DNA of 58,334 bases from contig JAHEGA010000001.1 of the NCBI GenBank assembly GCA_024639925.1, forward strand, positions 1 to 58,334, given 5' to 3'. The notes under the pieces are model-generated. The model was not told the DNA's origin, did not search any database, and worked only from the letters and a program-made list of their open reading frames with translations. Both the position numbers and the translations under genes were made by a program. Position 1 is the first letter of the stretch. Every line of letters begins with the position of its first letter. This stretch comes from Microbacteriaceae bacterium. Lineage in GTDB: Bacteria; Actinomycetota; Actinomycetes; Actinomycetales; Microbacteriaceae. Of this stretch, positions 10,881 through 20,249 are shown piece by piece.

Positions 10881-12590
10881 ATGACTCAGACGGCTCCCCG
10901 ACCCACGGTTACCGAGGTTCCCCCGGGCCTCTCTAACCCTTCCGTCGCTCGCAAGGGCAATGTCTTTGTGGACTGGTTGACCACGACCGACCACAAGAAG
11001 GTGGGCTACCTCTACCTGATGACGTCTTTCGCCTACTTCCTCATTGGGGGAGTGATGGCCCTGGTCATCCGGGCGCAACTTTTTGCTCCGGGCCTTGAGG
11101 TTGTGGCCACGAAGGAGCAGTACAACCAGCTCTTCACGATGCACGGGACAATCATGCTGTTGATGTTCGCAACCCCTCTATTTGCGGGCTTCGCCAACGT
11201 GTTGATGCCCTTGCAAATTGGTGCGCCTGATGTTGCCTTCCCGCGTCTGAATGCGCTGGCTTACTGGTTCTTCAGCTTCGGGTCGCTCATCGCGGTTGCC
11301 GGGTTCTTGACCCCTCAGGGCGCCGCCTCGTTCGGTTGGTTTGCCTACACGCCGCTCTCTAGCCAGACCTTTTCTCCGGGTCTCGGGGGAAATATGTGGG
11401 TGCTTGGCCTGGGTCTCAGCGGCTTTGGAACCATTTTGGGTGCGGTCAATTTCATCACCACAATCATTACGATGCGCGTGCCCGGAATGACGATGTGGCG
11501 CATGCCCATCTTCACCTGGAACACTCTGGTTACCTCGATTCTCGTGATTTTGGCCTTCCCCGTGCTGGCTGCCGCGATGTTGTCGCTCGGTGCAGACCGC
11601 ATCTTTGGGTCCCATGTGTACGACGCGGCGAATGGTGGGGCCATCTTGTGGCAACACTTGTTCTGGTTCTTTGGGCATCCAGAGGTTTACATCATCGCTT
11701 TGCCGTTCTTTGGGATTGTTTCGGAGATCTTCCCCGTTTTCAGTCGCAAGCCGATTTTTGGATACAAGACCCTGGTCTATGCCACGATCGCGATTGGCGC
11801 GCTGTCGATGACGGTGTGGGCACACCACATGTACGTCACAGGGTCAGTTTTGCTGCCTTTCTTCGCCCTTATGACGATGTTGATTGCGGTTCCCACGGGT
11901 GTAAAGATCTTCAACTGGATCGGGACGATGTGGCGGGGCTCGGTCACCTTCGAAACGCCGTTGGTGTTCGCATTGGGCTTCCTCATCTCCTTTGTCTTCG
12001 GTGGTCTGACGGGGGTCATTCTCGCCTCACCACCGCTTGACTTCCACGTCTCCGATTCCTACTTCGTGGTGGCTCACTTCCACTATGTGGTCTTTGGAAC
12101 TGTGGTGTTCGCTATGTTTGCCGGCTTCTACTTCTGGTGGCCGAAGTTCACCGGAAAGATGTTGAACGAGTCCCTCGGGCACATTCACTTCTGGATTCTG
12201 TTCATCGGTTTCCACATGACTTTCCTCATTCAGCACTGGTTGGGAGTAATGGGAATGCCTCGCCGCTACGCGACGTATTTGCCGGAGGATGGATTCACGT
12301 GGATGAATCAGCTCTCGACTGTTGGCTCAATCTTCCTCGCCTTGTCGATGATTCCGTTCCTGTTGAACGTCTACCTGACGGCACGCAACGGTCAGAAGGT
12401 CACCACCAACGACCCGTGGGGTTATGGCCGCTCGCTAGAGTGGGCGACAAGCTGTCCTCCGCCGCGTCACAACTTCAACTCCATTCCTCGGATTCGCTCG
12501 GAGTCTCCCGCATTTGACCTGAACCACCCGGAGATTGCGTTGCCGGCGGTAGAGGCCACCAAGGCCCCAGCAACGGCAGGGAAGTCCTAG
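10881..12590 (+). CDS. ctaD: Cytochrome c oxidase subunit I
   Basis: 'TMHGTIM', 'WFFGHPEVY', 'WAHHM', 'AHFHY', 'GMPRRY'. Confidence 0.98.
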   Translation: MTQTAPRPTVTEVPPGLSNPSVARKGNVFVDWLTTTDHKKVGYLYLMTSFAYFLIGGVMALVIRAQLFAPGLEVVATKEQYNQLFTMHGTIMLLMFATPLFAGFANVLMPLQIGAPDVAFPRLNALAYWFFSFGSLIAVAGFLTPQGAASFGWFAYTPLSSQTFSPGLGGNMWVLGLGLSGFGTILGAVNFITTIITMRVPGMTMWRMPIFTWNTLVTSILVILAFPVLAAAMLSLGADRIFGSHVYDAANGGAILWQHLFWFFGHPEVYIIALPFFGIVSEIFPVFSRKPIFGYKTLVYATIAIGALSMTVWAHHMYVTGSVLLPFFALMTMLIAVPTGVKIFNWIGTMWRGSVTFETPLVFALGFLISFVFGGLTGVILASPPLDFHVSDSYFVVAHFHYVVFGTVVFAMFAGFYFWWPKFTGKMLNESLGHIHFWILFIGFHMTFLIQHWLGVMGMPRRYATYLPEDGFTWMNQLSTVGSIFLALSMIPFLLNVYLTARNGQKVTTNDPWGYGRSLEWATSCPPPRHNFNSIPRIRSESPAFDLNHPEIALPAVEATKAPATAGKS

Positions 12591-12594
12591 ATCC

Positions 12595-13011
12595 ATGAAG
12601 ACGAACATTGTTCTCCTGCTGGTTCTGACGGCCTATTTCTTTGTACTGACAGCGATTTACACGGTGTGGTCAGTGATTGACACCCAAGAAGTGGAATGGA
12701 TTGGAACCCTCGCCATCGGCTTGAGCGGTGTGTTGACGGTGTTCATTGCCTTCTTCCTGCAGATCCAGTTGAAAAACCAGGGCGGGGACCTACCGGAGGA
12801 CCAGCTCGAGGCGAATGTTGACGATGGGGAGCCTGAACTCGGGTTCTTTAGCCCCTGGAGCTGGTGGCCGGTCATTCTTGCTGGCGGTGCTGCTATCGCC
12901 TTCCTGGGCTTTGCGGTAGGTATTTGGGTTGCCTATTACGCCATCCCGTTCATTGTTATCGGACTCGTGGGCTGGACATATGAGTACTACCGGGGGTATT
13001 TTGCCCGCTAG
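12595..13011 (+). CDS. ctaF: Cytochrome c oxidase subunit 4 (actinobacterial)
   Basis: 'GFFSPWSWWP', C-terminal 'YEYYRG'; follows ctaD. Confidence 0.93.
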   Translation: MKTNIVLLLVLTAYFFVLTAIYTVWSVIDTQEVEWIGTLAIGLSGVLTVFIAFFLQIQLKNQGGDLPEDQLEANVDDGEPELGFFSPWSWWPVILAGGAAIAFLGFAVGIWVAYYAIPFIVIGLVGWTYEYYRGYFAR

Positions 13012-13444
13012 CGCGCTCACGGTGCGCCAGGCAGAGTCGGGTGATGAGTCGGCAGTCGCCGTCCTGGCCGGGCGTCTTGGCGCTCCAGGAGCCCACTCGG
13101 TGGAAAAGTTCACCGCAGCATTTGCGGATGTGTTGGCGGATGCGCCTCGAACTCTCGTCCATGTGGCGGAGAGCGATGGACGCGTGGTTGGCTATGCGCT
13201 GACCACAGTCAATACCCTTCTGTACACGCAGGGGCTCTCAGCGCAGCTTCAAGAGATCGTTGTGGATGACACAGCCACTGCCTCAGGAGTGGGAACCGCA
13301 CTGGTGAGAGCTGTGGAAGCGGCCTGTGAGGCGGCTGGGGTTCTTCAGCTCACCGTGGCTTCACGCCGCGCGGGTGGTTTTTATGATCGTCTCGGCTACA
13401 CCCAACAGGCCGAATACATGCGCCGGGTGTTCCCCTCCTCTTAG
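13001..13444 (+). CDS. GNAT family N-acetyltransferase
   Basis: 'LQEIVVDDTATASGVGTALV' acetyl-CoA motif A, 'GFYDRLGY'; start uncertain (TTG 13001 or ATG 12980). Confidence 0.82.
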   Translation: MPASALTVRQAESGDESAVAVLAGRLGAPGAHSVEKFTAAFADVLADAPRTLVHVAESDGRVVGYALTTVNTLLYTQGLSAQLQEIVVDDTATASGVGTALVRAVEAACEAAGVLQLTVASRRAGGFYDRLGYTQQAEYMRRVFPSS

Positions 13445-13560
13445 CCTCACTGCTCGCGGGAGAGAACAGTGTCCCGCTGAGGTGTACTGCCAGGGCTTGC
13501 CGGTGCTGCAGTCGCTCCTTAGTGAACTGCTTCTCTCGGAGTTACCGGCACAGGAGAACA
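13445..13560 (+). ncRNA. Candidate structured RNA / orphan leader, family unassigned
   Basis: Nested stems CCTCA/TGAGG + GCGGGA/TCCCGC and TGCCGGT/ACCGGCA + GCAGT/ACTGC; ends in AGGAG-N3-ATG. Confidence 0.4.
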
Positions 13561-13570
13561 TGCGTTTAAC

Positions 13571-13608
13571 CGTGTGAGGGCGGCCCCGTCCGGAGCCGCC
13601 CTCACACG
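13571..13608. terminator. Strong hairpin between the convergent cta and qcr transcription units
   Basis: Perfect 14-bp stem CGTGTGAGGGCGGC / GCCGCCCTCACACG with 10-nt loop; no long U-tract. Confidence 0.7.
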
Positions 13609-13618
13609 ATGGTGTGAA

Positions 13619-15226
13619 CTAGTGTCGCGAAGATTCCAATTCGCGAGCATCGACCGGCTCAACACGGTCTTCAAAGAACCAGCGAGACATACTGGCACGA
13701 AGCCGTGTGCCCACCGTGATTTTGCCCTGGTCGTTCGGGCGCACAGTGAGGGGCTGGTATTCGGTGTAGTCCAGAAGCTTCCAGCGTTCGTAGTCCGAGA
13801 GCTGCTCGTGGACCTCGATGTACTCACCACCGGGAAGACGGACGATTCGGCCGCTCTCGTACCCGTGGAGAGAGATTTCGCGGTCTTTACGCTGAAGAGC
13901 CAGACAGGTTCGTTTGGTGATGATGTAGGCGGCAATAGGTGCCACAAAGAACAGCACTTGAAGAGTGGTAATCACTCCCTCGATACTCATGCCAAAGTGT
14001 GTCGCAATGAGGTCCGAGCTCGCAGCTGCCCAGAGGACGGCGTAGAAGGTAACACCCGCGGCACCGATTCCCGTCCGGGTCGGGGCGTTACGGGGACGGT
14101 CAGCAATGTGGTGCTCACGCTTGTCCCCGGTCACCCAGGCTTCAAAGAAGGGGTAAAGAGCAACGGCCACGAGAAGAACAATCAGCACCACGGTGGGAAC
14201 CAGGATGTTCATGGGCCACGTGTACCCAAAGGCCACAAACTCCCAGCCGGGCGGAATCAACCTCAAAGCACCATCGGCGAAGCCGATATACCAGTCCGGT
14301 TGTGTTCCCGCCGAAACAGGGGAGGGGTCGTATGGCCCATAGTTCCATATCGGGTTGATCGTAAAGAGCGAGGCAATCAGCATGATCACACCAAAAACCA
14401 GGAAGAAGAACCCTCCTGCTTTCGCGGCAAACACGGGCATGACGGGGGAGCCAACGACGTTGTCGTTGGTCCGGCCAGGCCCAGCAAACTGGGTGTGCTT
14501 GTTGACGACAAGAAGCACCATGTGAATGGCCAGCGTGGCGATCAAAATGGCCGGCAACAGCATGATGTGCAGAACGTAGAGGCGCTGAATCACGTCGGTC
14601 CCGGGGAACTCATCACCGAAGAAGAGGTAGGACATCCACACGCCCACCACCGGGAAAGCCTTGATCATCCCGTCGATGATGCGCAGTCCGTTTCCAGAGA
14701 GCAGGTCATCCGGGAGGCTGTAGCCGGTGAACCCCAGTGCCATTGCAAGAACGAAGAGCAGGAACCCGACGATCCAGTTCAATTCACGGGGCTTGCGGAA
14801 GGCTCCTGTGAAGAACACCCGAAGCATGTGAAGACCAACAGATGCGACAAACAACAGAGCCGACCAGTGGTGGACCTGCCTCATGAGGAGACCGCCACGT
14901 ACGTCAAAGGAGATATCGAGAGCCGTGTGATACGCCACCGACATCTCAATTCCCTTGAGAGGGAGGTAGGACCCTTCGTACTCCACCTCGGTCATCGAGG
15001 GGTCATAGAAGAAGGTCAAGAACGTGCCCGAGATGAGGATGACCACGAAGCTATAGAGAGCGACCTCACCCAGCATGAATGACCAGTGGTCGGGGAAGAT
15101 TTTGCGACCCAGGGTCTTCACTGCCGTCGAGGCGCTGGTGCGCTCGTCGACGTAATTTGCTGCCCACCCAGTGAAACGCATTCCGCGCCCGGGGGCTTGG
15201 GTGTTGTTATCTAGAGTGTTCGTCAT
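13619..15226 (-). CDS. qcrB: Cytochrome bcc complex cytochrome b subunit
   Basis: 'FPDHWSFMLGE', 'RQVHHW', 'GYSLPDD', 'QPDWY'. Confidence 0.97.
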   Translation of the reverse strand: MTNTLDNNTQAPGRGMRFTGWAANYVDERTSASTAVKTLGRKIFPDHWSFMLGEVALYSFVVILISGTFLTFFYDPSMTEVEYEGSYLPLKGIEMSVAYHTALDISFDVRGGLLMRQVHHWSALLFVASVGLHMLRVFFTGAFRKPRELNWIVGFLLFVLAMALGFTGYSLPDDLLSGNGLRIIDGMIKAFPVVGVWMSYLFFGDEFPGTDVIQRLYVLHIMLLPAILIATLAIHMVLLVVNKHTQFAGPGRTNDNVVGSPVMPVFAAKAGGFFFLVFGVIMLIASLFTINPIWNYGPYDPSPVSAGTQPDWYIGFADGALRLIPPGWEFVAFGYTWPMNILVPTVVLIVLLVAVALYPFFEAWVTGDKREHHIADRPRNAPTRTGIGAAGVTFYAVLWAAASSDLIATHFGMSIEGVITTLQVLFFVAPIAAYIITKRTCLALQRKDREISLHGYESGRIVRLPGGEYIEVHEQLSDYERWKLLDYTEYQPLTVRPNDQGKITVGTRLRASMSRWFFEDRVEPVDARELESSRH

Positions 15227-16281
15227 TTCTCACGCTCCCAGAAACTAGGCCCCACCGGTTCGGTGAAGTCGCTTTGTGCTACTAGGTATCCTTCCGCATC
15301 AATGGTGATAGGAAGCTGTGGAAGTGGTCTGGCGGCAGGGCCGAAAATCACTTCACATTCGTTGGCCACATCAAACTCGGATTGGTGGCATGGGCACAAG
15401 AGGTGGTGAGTCTGCTGTTCATACAGAGCAACAGGGCAGCCGACGTGGGTGCAAATCTTCGAATAGGCCACAATGCCCTGGTAGGACCAGGACGCGCGCT
15501 CGGGACGTTCGTTCAGTTCGTCTTCGGGCAGACGCATCAACAAGACGGCAGCCTTGGCTTTTTCTTCCAGGCGGTGCTTCTCTAGCTCCATGAGACCCTC
15601 AGGAACCACGTGGAAAGCAGAGCCAATCGTGACCTCGGAGGCTTTGATCGGGATGCCGGAGGGATCCTGCGCCAGACGGACGCCTTCAGCCCACAGCGTT
15701 TGCTTCATCAGCTTCACTGGGTCCTTGGCAGGCGCAAGGTCACGGAACAGCACGACAGCGGGCACGGGGGTGGCAATGAGTGCACCCAGCAGAGTGTTAC
15801 GAACAAGGGAACGTCGGGTGAAACCCGACTCCTTATTTGCTTGGGAGAACATCTCCACAGCGGTCTGACGAGTCTCTTCGTCGCCGCGTGTGGGGTGGCG
15901 CTCCTCCACGAGTTCATGCCCGTGCATCAGTGATTTAGCCCAGTTCACGGCTCCAATGCCGACGCCCAAGAGACCGATCGCGAGGCCAAGTCCCACAAAC
16001 ATGTTGTTGAGACGCACCGACTGCATGTCACCGGGGATGATCGGGAACACCACGTAGGAAACGGCGGCAATCAATGATCCGGCAATGGACAGAGTGAAGA
16101 ACAGCGAAATCCGGCGCTCGGCCTTTTTCTCTTCTTTCGGATCGAGGTCCGTGATGCGCTGGTGCTCGGGCTCTAGGCCGGGGTTTTGCACGGCATCGGA
16201 TCGCACTACAGCGGTGCCGCGATCGTTGTCTTCAGGCTGTTCGCTGGCGACAACGTCGGTGCTGGGAGGCTTCTGGGCCAT
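15223..16281 (-). CDS. qcrA: Cytochrome bcc complex Rieske Fe-S subunit
   Basis: 'CTHVGC' and 'CPCHQS' Rieske boxes; internal twin-arginine 'TRRSLV'. Confidence 0.97.
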   Translation of the reverse strand: MAQKPPSTDVVASEQPEDNDRGTAVVRSDAVQNPGLEPEHQRITDLDPKEEKKAERRISLFFTLSIAGSLIAAVSYVVFPIIPGDMQSVRLNNMFVGLGLAIGLLGVGIGAVNWAKSLMHGHELVEERHPTRGDEETRQTAVEMFSQANKESGFTRRSLVRNTLLGALIATPVPAVVLFRDLAPAKDPVKLMKQTLWAEGVRLAQDPSGIPIKASEVTIGSAFHVVPEGLMELEKHRLEEKAKAAVLLMRLPEDELNERPERASWSYQGIVAYSKICTHVGCPVALYEQQTHHLLCPCHQSEFDVANECEVIFGPAARPLPQLPITIDAEGYLVAQSDFTEPVGPSFWEREK

Positions 16282-16301
16282 CGTGATGAAGTCCTTTCGA
16301 C

Positions 16302-17096
16302 CTAGTTAGAGCGAGCAGTGAGCCAGATGGCAACGGCTATGAGGCCCCCGAGGCCAATCAGCCAGATAAACAGCCCCTCGGAGACCGGCCCCAAGCTACC
16401 CAGCGAGAATCCACCGACAGAGGGGTTCTCGTCCATGTATTTGAGGTAGCTGATGACGTCGTTCTTTTCTTCGGGGGAGAGGTTCATGTCGCTAAACACC
16501 GGCATGTTCTGTGGGCCTGTGACCATGGCGGCATAAATGTTGATGGGCTGCAGGTCCCGGAGGTGAGGCGCATACTTGCCTTCTGTGAGGGCGCCACCAG
16601 CACCAGCCACGTTGTGGCACATTGCGCAGTTGATACGGAAGAGTTCGGCACCGTTGGCGACATCACCTTGCGCGTCGTAATACTTCGGGTCGGGGAGTCC
16701 CGGCCCCGGAGCCAACGACGCCACCCACGCAGCCATCGCATCTGTCTGAGGCTGCGTGAACTGCACGGGCTTGACTGCGGCTTGCGGGCCGGAGGCAGCC
16801 ATCGGCATACGACCGGTGCTGACCTGGAAGTCCACGGAGAGAGCTCCCACACCGATAACCGAGGGGCCTGCTTCGCTTCCTTCACCGCTCATGCCGTGGC
16901 AGCTGGCGCAGTTGGCCATAAACAGCTTCTCGCCCTCTTCGACGAGCGCTTCCGCCGCCAGGGGAGTGGTCTCCGCGTGGGCGATGCCAGCACTGGTGGC
17001 GGCGTAAGCCCCACCAGTCGCGAAAAGACCAATGACCAGCAGTAACGCACCAAAGAGGGGGTGGCGGCGACCTGAACGACGAGCGGACTGAGTCAT
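16302..17096 (-). CDS. qcrC: Cytochrome bcc complex diheme cytochrome c subunit
   Basis: Two CxxCH motifs (CASCH, CAMCH); start placed at ATG 17096. Confidence 0.96.
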   Translation of the reverse strand: MTQSARRSGRRHPLFGALLLVIGLFATGGAYAATSAGIAHAETTPLAAEALVEEGEKLFMANCASCHGMSGEGSEAGPSVIGVGALSVDFQVSTGRMPMAASGPQAAVKPVQFTQPQTDAMAAWVASLAPGPGLPDPKYYDAQGDVANGAELFRINCAMCHNVAGAGGALTEGKYAPHLRDLQPINIYAAMVTGPQNMPVFSDMNLSPEEKNDVISYLKYMDENPSVGGFSLGSLGPVSEGLFIWLIGLGGLIAVAIWLTARSN

Positions 17097-17119
17097 AGGG
17101 TTCTGCTTATCCTTTTCGG

Positions 17120-17749
17120 CTATTGGAGGATGTAAATGACGAGGAAGAGACCGATCCACACCACGTCAACGAAGTGCCAGTAATACGAAACCACAATTGC
17201 ACTGGTCGCCTCGCGGTGTGTGAACGTTTTAACAGCGTATGCACGGCCGATTACCAGCAAGAAGGCAATCAAGCCGCCGGTCACGTGGAGCCCGTGGAAC
17301 CCTGTTGTGAGGTAAAACGCTGAGCCGTAAGCATCCGACGCAAGGGTGACGCCCTCCGACACCAGGACCGCGTACTCATAGATCTGGCCACCGATGAAGA
17401 TTGCGCCCATGACGTAGGTCAGGAAGAACCACTCGATCATGCCCCACTGGGTTGGTTTCCAGCCGGTGGCGCGAGGCTGTAACCGCTCGGCGGCAAACAC
17501 CCCGAATTGAGCGGTGACGGACGACAAAACCAAGATGGTGGTGTTCACTGCGGCGAAGGGAATATCAAGCAGGCCCGTGTTGAACTCCCAGAGCTCTGGG
17601 GAAGTGGACCGAAGCGTGAAGTAGATGGCAAACAAGCCAGCGAAGAACATGACTTCGCTGCCCAGCCAGACGATGGTTCCGACCGCAACAGTGTTGGGAC
17701 GATTCACGGTGGGCACGGATAAACCTTGGGAAAGAGATGCGCTACTCAC
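17120..17749 (-). CDS. ctaE: Cytochrome c oxidase subunit III
   Basis: '[13 protein letters not shown]', 'TGFHGLHV', 'YWHFVDVVW'; GTG start 6 nt after CATAAT. Confidence 0.96.
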   Translation of the reverse strand: MSSASLSQGLSVPTVNRPNTVAVGTIVWLGSEVMFFAGLFAIYFTLRSTSPELWEFNTGLLDIPFAAVNTTILVLSSVTAQFGVFAAERLQPRATGWKPTQWGMIEWFFLTYVMGAIFIGGQIYEYAVLVSEGVTLASDAYGSAFYLTTGFHGLHVTGGLIAFLLVIGRAYAVKTFTHREATSAIVVSYYWHFVDVVWIGLFLVIYILQ

Positions 17750-17825
17750 CCGTCCATTATGCCTGATGTCCACCTGGAGCTTTGCTCCACGACATGCTGA
17801 GAATTCGCCCCGTAACATGGTGAAT

Positions 17826-18881
17826 ATGCCCTCGACCTTTTCCTGGCCCGCAACTCTGACATCGGTGATTTCCGGTTACGACCTCACCGTGAGCGAGGCC
17901 AGTGAAGCGATGCGCCAAGTGATGGGCGGCACGACAACGGAGTCGCAACTCGCCGCATTTCTCGTGGCGCTCCGGGCAAAAGGCGAGACTGTCGATGAGA
18001 TCGCGGGTTTCCGCGAGGCTGTGCTCGAGAGCGCCGTCCACTTAGACGTTCCTTCGATGGTCCTGGACATCGTTGGGACTGGGGGAGACCCGTTTGGTGC
18101 AGTCGTTAACGTTTCGTCAATCGCCTCGATTGTGGCCGCAGCAGCCGGTGTGCCCGTGGTGAAACACGGCAACAGAGCTGCAAGCTCTGCCTCAGGCGCC
18201 AGCGATGTTCTCAGTGCGCTCGGCGTCAACCTGGACGGGGACCCCGCAGCTGTGGCCCGCGTCTTCGCGGAAGTGGGCCTCACCTTTGTTTTTGCCGCAC
18301 GTTTTCATCCGGGATTCCGCCACGCTGCGACAGCTCGCAAGGAACTGGGCATACCGACGGTGTTCAACATTCTTGGACCGTTGTGCAACCCGGCGCGGCC
18401 TGAGGCATCCGCTGTGGGGGTGAGTGATGCCAGCCGTCTCGCCGACGTCGCAGGCGTCTTCCAGACCCGTGGTGCAACAGCGTTGGTATACCGGGGAGCA
18501 GACGGGATCGACAAAATGACCACGACTGGCGAGTCGGTGGTTCTGGAGGTTTCGTCCGGTCAGATCACGGAACACACCGTCAATTCGCGCGACCTCGGTC
18601 TCGCCGCAGCGCAAACCAGCGATTTGTTGGGCGAAAGTCCACAACACAACGCCGAACTGGCCCGTGGGGTGCTGGCTGGTCATGCAGGACCCGTGCGAGA
18701 CATTGTTGTCCTGAATGCTGCAGCAGGAATGGTCGCGTTTTCCCTGGCGCAAGACCCGACAGAGGCATCACGGTCGATACATGAGCGACTGATAGAGAAA
18801 ATCGCGACTGCCCAGGAGGCTATTGACTCAGGTGCTGCTGCGGCAAAGCTCGATGCGTGGGCCGCCTCAACTCACCGTTGA
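17826..18881 (+). CDS. trpD: Anthranilate phosphoribosyltransferase
   Basis: 'DIVGTGGD', '[14 protein letters not shown]', '[12 protein letters not shown]'. Confidence 0.96.
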   Translation: MPSTFSWPATLTSVISGYDLTVSEASEAMRQVMGGTTTESQLAAFLVALRAKGETVDEIAGFREAVLESAVHLDVPSMVLDIVGTGGDPFGAVVNVSSIASIVAAAAGVPVVKHGNRAASSASGASDVLSALGVNLDGDPAAVARVFAEVGLTFVFAARFHPGFRHAATARKELGIPTVFNILGPLCNPARPEASAVGVSDASRLADVAGVFQTRGATALVYRGADGIDKMTTTGESVVLEVSSGQITEHTVNSRDLGLAAAQTSDLLGESPQHNAELARGVLAGHAGPVRDIVVLNAAAGMVAFSLAQDPTEASRSIHERLIEKIATAQEAIDSGAAAAKLDAWAASTHR

Positions 18882-18927
18882 GCCCATACGACAGGCTTCG
18901 GGTGGGGAAGCGGGCTCACGAACAGCA

Positions 18928-18955
18928 AACTGACATAATATAGATTATCGGATAC
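18928..18955 (-). other. dif: dif site (XerCD chromosome dimer resolution site)
   Basis: Minus strand GTATCCGATAA-TCTATA-TTATGTCAGTT, 11-6-11 architecture like E. coli GGTGCGCATAA-TGTATA-TTATGTTAAAT; AT-rich intergenic position. Confidence 0.85.
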
Positions 18956-19413
18956 TACAGAAACCGCAGGCACTCCCGAATCAGGGTTGGCAGGTGCAGT
19001 GGTTCATACGGCTCTGATCCGCTTTCCACATCCTCTGCGGTGAACCAGTTCCAGCCGGTCACATCAATGTGTTCCTCAGCGGTCCAGTACGTCGATACCG
19101 GGGTGAAACGCTCGGTGCGAGCAAAGAAATATTCCGCGTATCCGCGATTGTGATCGGCTTCATCCCAGGCGACCGGAAATTCGTAGGTCCAGACGGGCTC
19201 GGGCTGGATAGAAACGCGCTGGCCAGTCTCTTCGAATAGCTCCCGCTGGGCGGCCGCAAAATGGGTTTCACCTGGGTCAACACCACCGCCGGGAGTAATC
19301 CATCGGGAAAACCGCGACGTATCGGGTGCAGCGGTGTTGAAGAGCAAGACTGAGCCGCCAGGCTCCATCACGACGATGCGACTGGTGAGACGCAAGCGGT
19401 CAGCAGCAACCAC
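18955..19413 (-). CDS. NUDIX hydrolase
   Basis: Nudix box 'PGGGVDPGETHFAAAQRELFEETG'. Confidence 0.9.
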   Translation of the reverse strand: MVAADRLRLTSRIVVMEPGGSVLLFNTAAPDTSRFSRWITPGGGVDPGETHFAAAQRELFEETGQRVSIQPEPVWTYEFPVAWDEADHNRGYAEYFFARTERFTPVSTYWTAEEHIDVTGWNWFTAEDVESGSEPYEPLHLPTLIRECLRFL

Positions 19414-19419
19414 CGTCGG

Positions 19420-20181
19420 TTACTTCACAAAAGTGGAGGTGTCACCGACGAGTCGAGTGTTGTCATCAGGAATGTCTTCCACGCAGGCCAGTGCTACCTC
19501 GGCCGCAAATTCGTCCACGTTGTAAAGCTTGCCGACCTGTTCCTTGCGCTGGTCGATAACTCCAGGATTCGCACGGTTAAGCAACGTTGCAGTGACGGTG
19601 CCTTCAATCATGTCGCCGGAGACAACCACAAACCCGATACCGCGCTCGCTCATATCCGCGATCATTCCGCGGAGGGCGTCTTCGCCTGCTCGTTTGGAAA
19701 GGGCAACGGGGACGTACTCGTCCATAGTGTCGACTTCGCGGATGAAGTGCGCTTGGTGGCTTGTAACAAAAACCACTCGCGAACCCGGTTCCATCATCGG
19801 CATCACACTGGTCAGCATCCCCACCTGGGCGTCGCGGTTAAGTTTCATCGCGTAGTCCTCGCCCATGTCCGCCTCCATGCCTCCTGAGGCATTCAACACG
19901 AGGATGTCGAGGCCGCCCCACTCGTCACGAATGGCGGTGACCATTCGAGCCACACCCAACGGGTCGGTGAGGTCTGCCCCAAGCGCCATGGCCTTGCGGC
20001 CGTTGGCTTCTAGCTGGGCAACAAGCTTCTCCGCTCGCTGTGCTTTGTTGCGGTAGTTGATAACCACATCTGCTCCTGCGCCCGAAAGGTATTCAGCAGT
20101 CTTTGCGCCAATCCCGCGGGATGAGCCGGTGATGAGGATGCGGGCGCCGGTCAGTTGGTCGGAGCTGAGTGGTGACGTCAT
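19420..20181 (-). CDS. Short-chain dehydrogenase/reductase
   Basis: 'TGSSRGIG' Rossmann motif, 'LDILVLNA', variant catalytic segment 'YVPVALSK'. Confidence 0.88.
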   Translation of the reverse strand: MTSPLSSDQLTGARILITGSSRGIGAKTAEYLSGAGADVVINYRNKAQRAEKLVAQLEANGRKAMALGADLTDPLGVARMVTAIRDEWGGLDILVLNASGGMEADMGEDYAMKLNRDAQVGMLTSVMPMMEPGSRVVFVTSHQAHFIREVDTMDEYVPVALSKRAGEDALRGMIADMSERGIGFVVVSGDMIEGTVTATLLNRANPGVIDQRKEQVGKLYNVDEFAAEVALACVEDIPDDNTRLVGDTSTFVK

Positions 20182-20249
20182 CCGAAAAGACTACCGAGAA
20201 CCATCGGAGGGGCTGTTTATACTTGCCGAATCAACCAAAAGGGGTGAGT

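Noticed and set aside
13445-13560. Assignment of the structured element to glycine, TPP, SAM, cobalamin or ZTP riboswitch families
   Set aside because: Only short fragments (GCGGGAGAG, CTGAG) resemble them and the other conserved core motifs are absent, so it is left unassigned.
13574-15082. 502-aa + strand ORF antisense to qcrB
   Set aside because: Shadow frame of a conserved high-GC gene with no recognisable motifs. The same applies to 10041-11144, 50410-51624, 3503-4456, 36425-37333 and similar antisense ORFs.
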